Positions 62,971 to 64,000 of a DNA stretch of 64,000 nt are shown here, piece after piece. The stretch spans positions 53,320,001 to 53,384,000 of the forward strand of contig OZ024744.1 in assembly GCA_964016885.1 (NCBI GenBank), read 5' to 3'. The number at the start of each line of letters is the position of its first letter. The stretch's first letter is position 1. The translations under genes and the position numbers were made by a program. Source of the DNA: Eledone cirrhosa (taxonomy: Eukaryota). The notes below the pieces were generated by a model. It was not told the origin of the DNA, did not search any database, and saw nothing but the letters and a program-made list of their open reading frames with translations.

Positions 62971-64000
62971 AGTTTATATTTATTTGCCACCAGGGCACAA
63001 AAGAAAGGGACAAATACAAGGGGGGGGGGTTACATACATTTAGAGGACGTGTAGAAAATATAACAAATAAAATTAAACAATCGAAGTCCTCAGTAGGGAG
63101 GGGGTTGACGTGGGTCGCACACAACCCCGAAAAATGTGCAACCCTCCTCCTCAGGAGCACAAAGAGTGGGTGCTCCCTTCCTCTCCTCCTTCTCCTCCTC
63201 TCGAACCTACAGGCTGATATAGATAGAAGGCCCATTCACTCGGGCCATTCTCGCCACTTTCACCCACCTTTTATAAAACATGCTGGGGTAGAGCACCTTT
63301 CTCTCCATTCTGATCCTTCTTCTAAAATGGTATTTGAAAAAAAGGACCAGTTGTTGGCCGGAGAGAAAGGTGTCTGACCTCATCCCTTTCAACCTCGTCC
63401 ACCATACAACCTCTTTAGCCATAGCTATCACACAGAGGAAAACCGCCTCTCGTTCATTTTTGACGGGGGGAGGCGGTTTGATCGTGACAATGTACTCGGT
63501 GGTCAACCGGATTGGTCCCACTCACGACTGTAGTCGTTGCACATAGCCCCACAGGTCAGCAACGCCCGGGCAGTGTACGAATGCATGCGCGACGGTTTAT
63601 CGTCGCGCACGTATCTCGGACAGATCTTTTTCGAGGCACCCCTACCCGAACGCCCGTGTCAGTAGAGCTTATCCCGATCGGGTAGAGCTCCTCGGTAGCA
63701 CTGTCAAGCCAGGGATTTTTGGAAGTTGTCCATCGGTCCCGGGCCAAACGTCCTACCGAACAGACTGGCTAGTTCGTCTTCCCCCATGCCCAGAGCTTCT
63801 CCGAGAGCGTCGTCGCACTTGCTGCGCACTAACCCTCTATAGAATGTCGAGGTGGAGTCTCCACTGATTGACGGATCCGCTCGCCAGAGGCCCGTGAGCG
63901 CCTGGGCACATTCAATGTGCCAGTCGCCCACTTTTCTCGGTCTTTGCTTGACCCAGGATTGCAGCTCTGTGAGCGAGACGAGTCTCAGAAAGGCTCGCCT
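62971..64000 (-). mobile_element. Tx1-like LINE, sister family (Tx1-C), 3' portion ending in (TATC)n
   Basis: ORFs 63704-63931 (FGPGPMDNFQKSLA) and 63207-63521 (AMAKEVVWWTRLKG..ARMARVNGP) are homologous to the Tx1-A ORF2 C-terminus. The 3' UTR is different, with AATAAA just before the repeat. Confidence 0.92.

Overview
This is an AT-rich, microsatellite-dense animal genomic window in which I recognise no host gene. The SINE families and repeat content suggest a cephalopod such as Octopus, but that is an inference. Almost everything is mobile DNA, and it is sorted by microsatellite. (1) At 1-12.8 kb and 21.9-40.5 kb there is a polarised array of non-LTR retrotransposons, nearly every junction being an (ATT)n tract. 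APE-type Tx1/L1-like LINEs all lie on +, two R4/Dong-like RLE families all lie on -, and one Dong-like copy has an open 1127-aa ORF (36961-40344). (2) Penelope-like elements (RT + GIY-YIG) with inverted terminal copies lie at 13-21 kb, and a third remnant lies at about 42 kb. (3) There are many minimal type I hammerhead ribozymes, several with a compensatory U3-A8 core (UUGANAA), plus a 428-bp tandem/inverted retrozyme-like unit. (4) tRNA-derived SINEs have a 3' tail that matches the 3' end of the ATT-associated Tx1 LINE, suggesting a SINE/LINE partnership. (5) A second nest sits in (CATA)n (RTE LINE, bipartite RTE derivative, R4-like fragment), and a sister Tx1 family ends in (TATC)n. (6) There are also a nested, fold-back Helitron cluster and several TIR elements. 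All calls come from reading motifs by eye; no searches were run.
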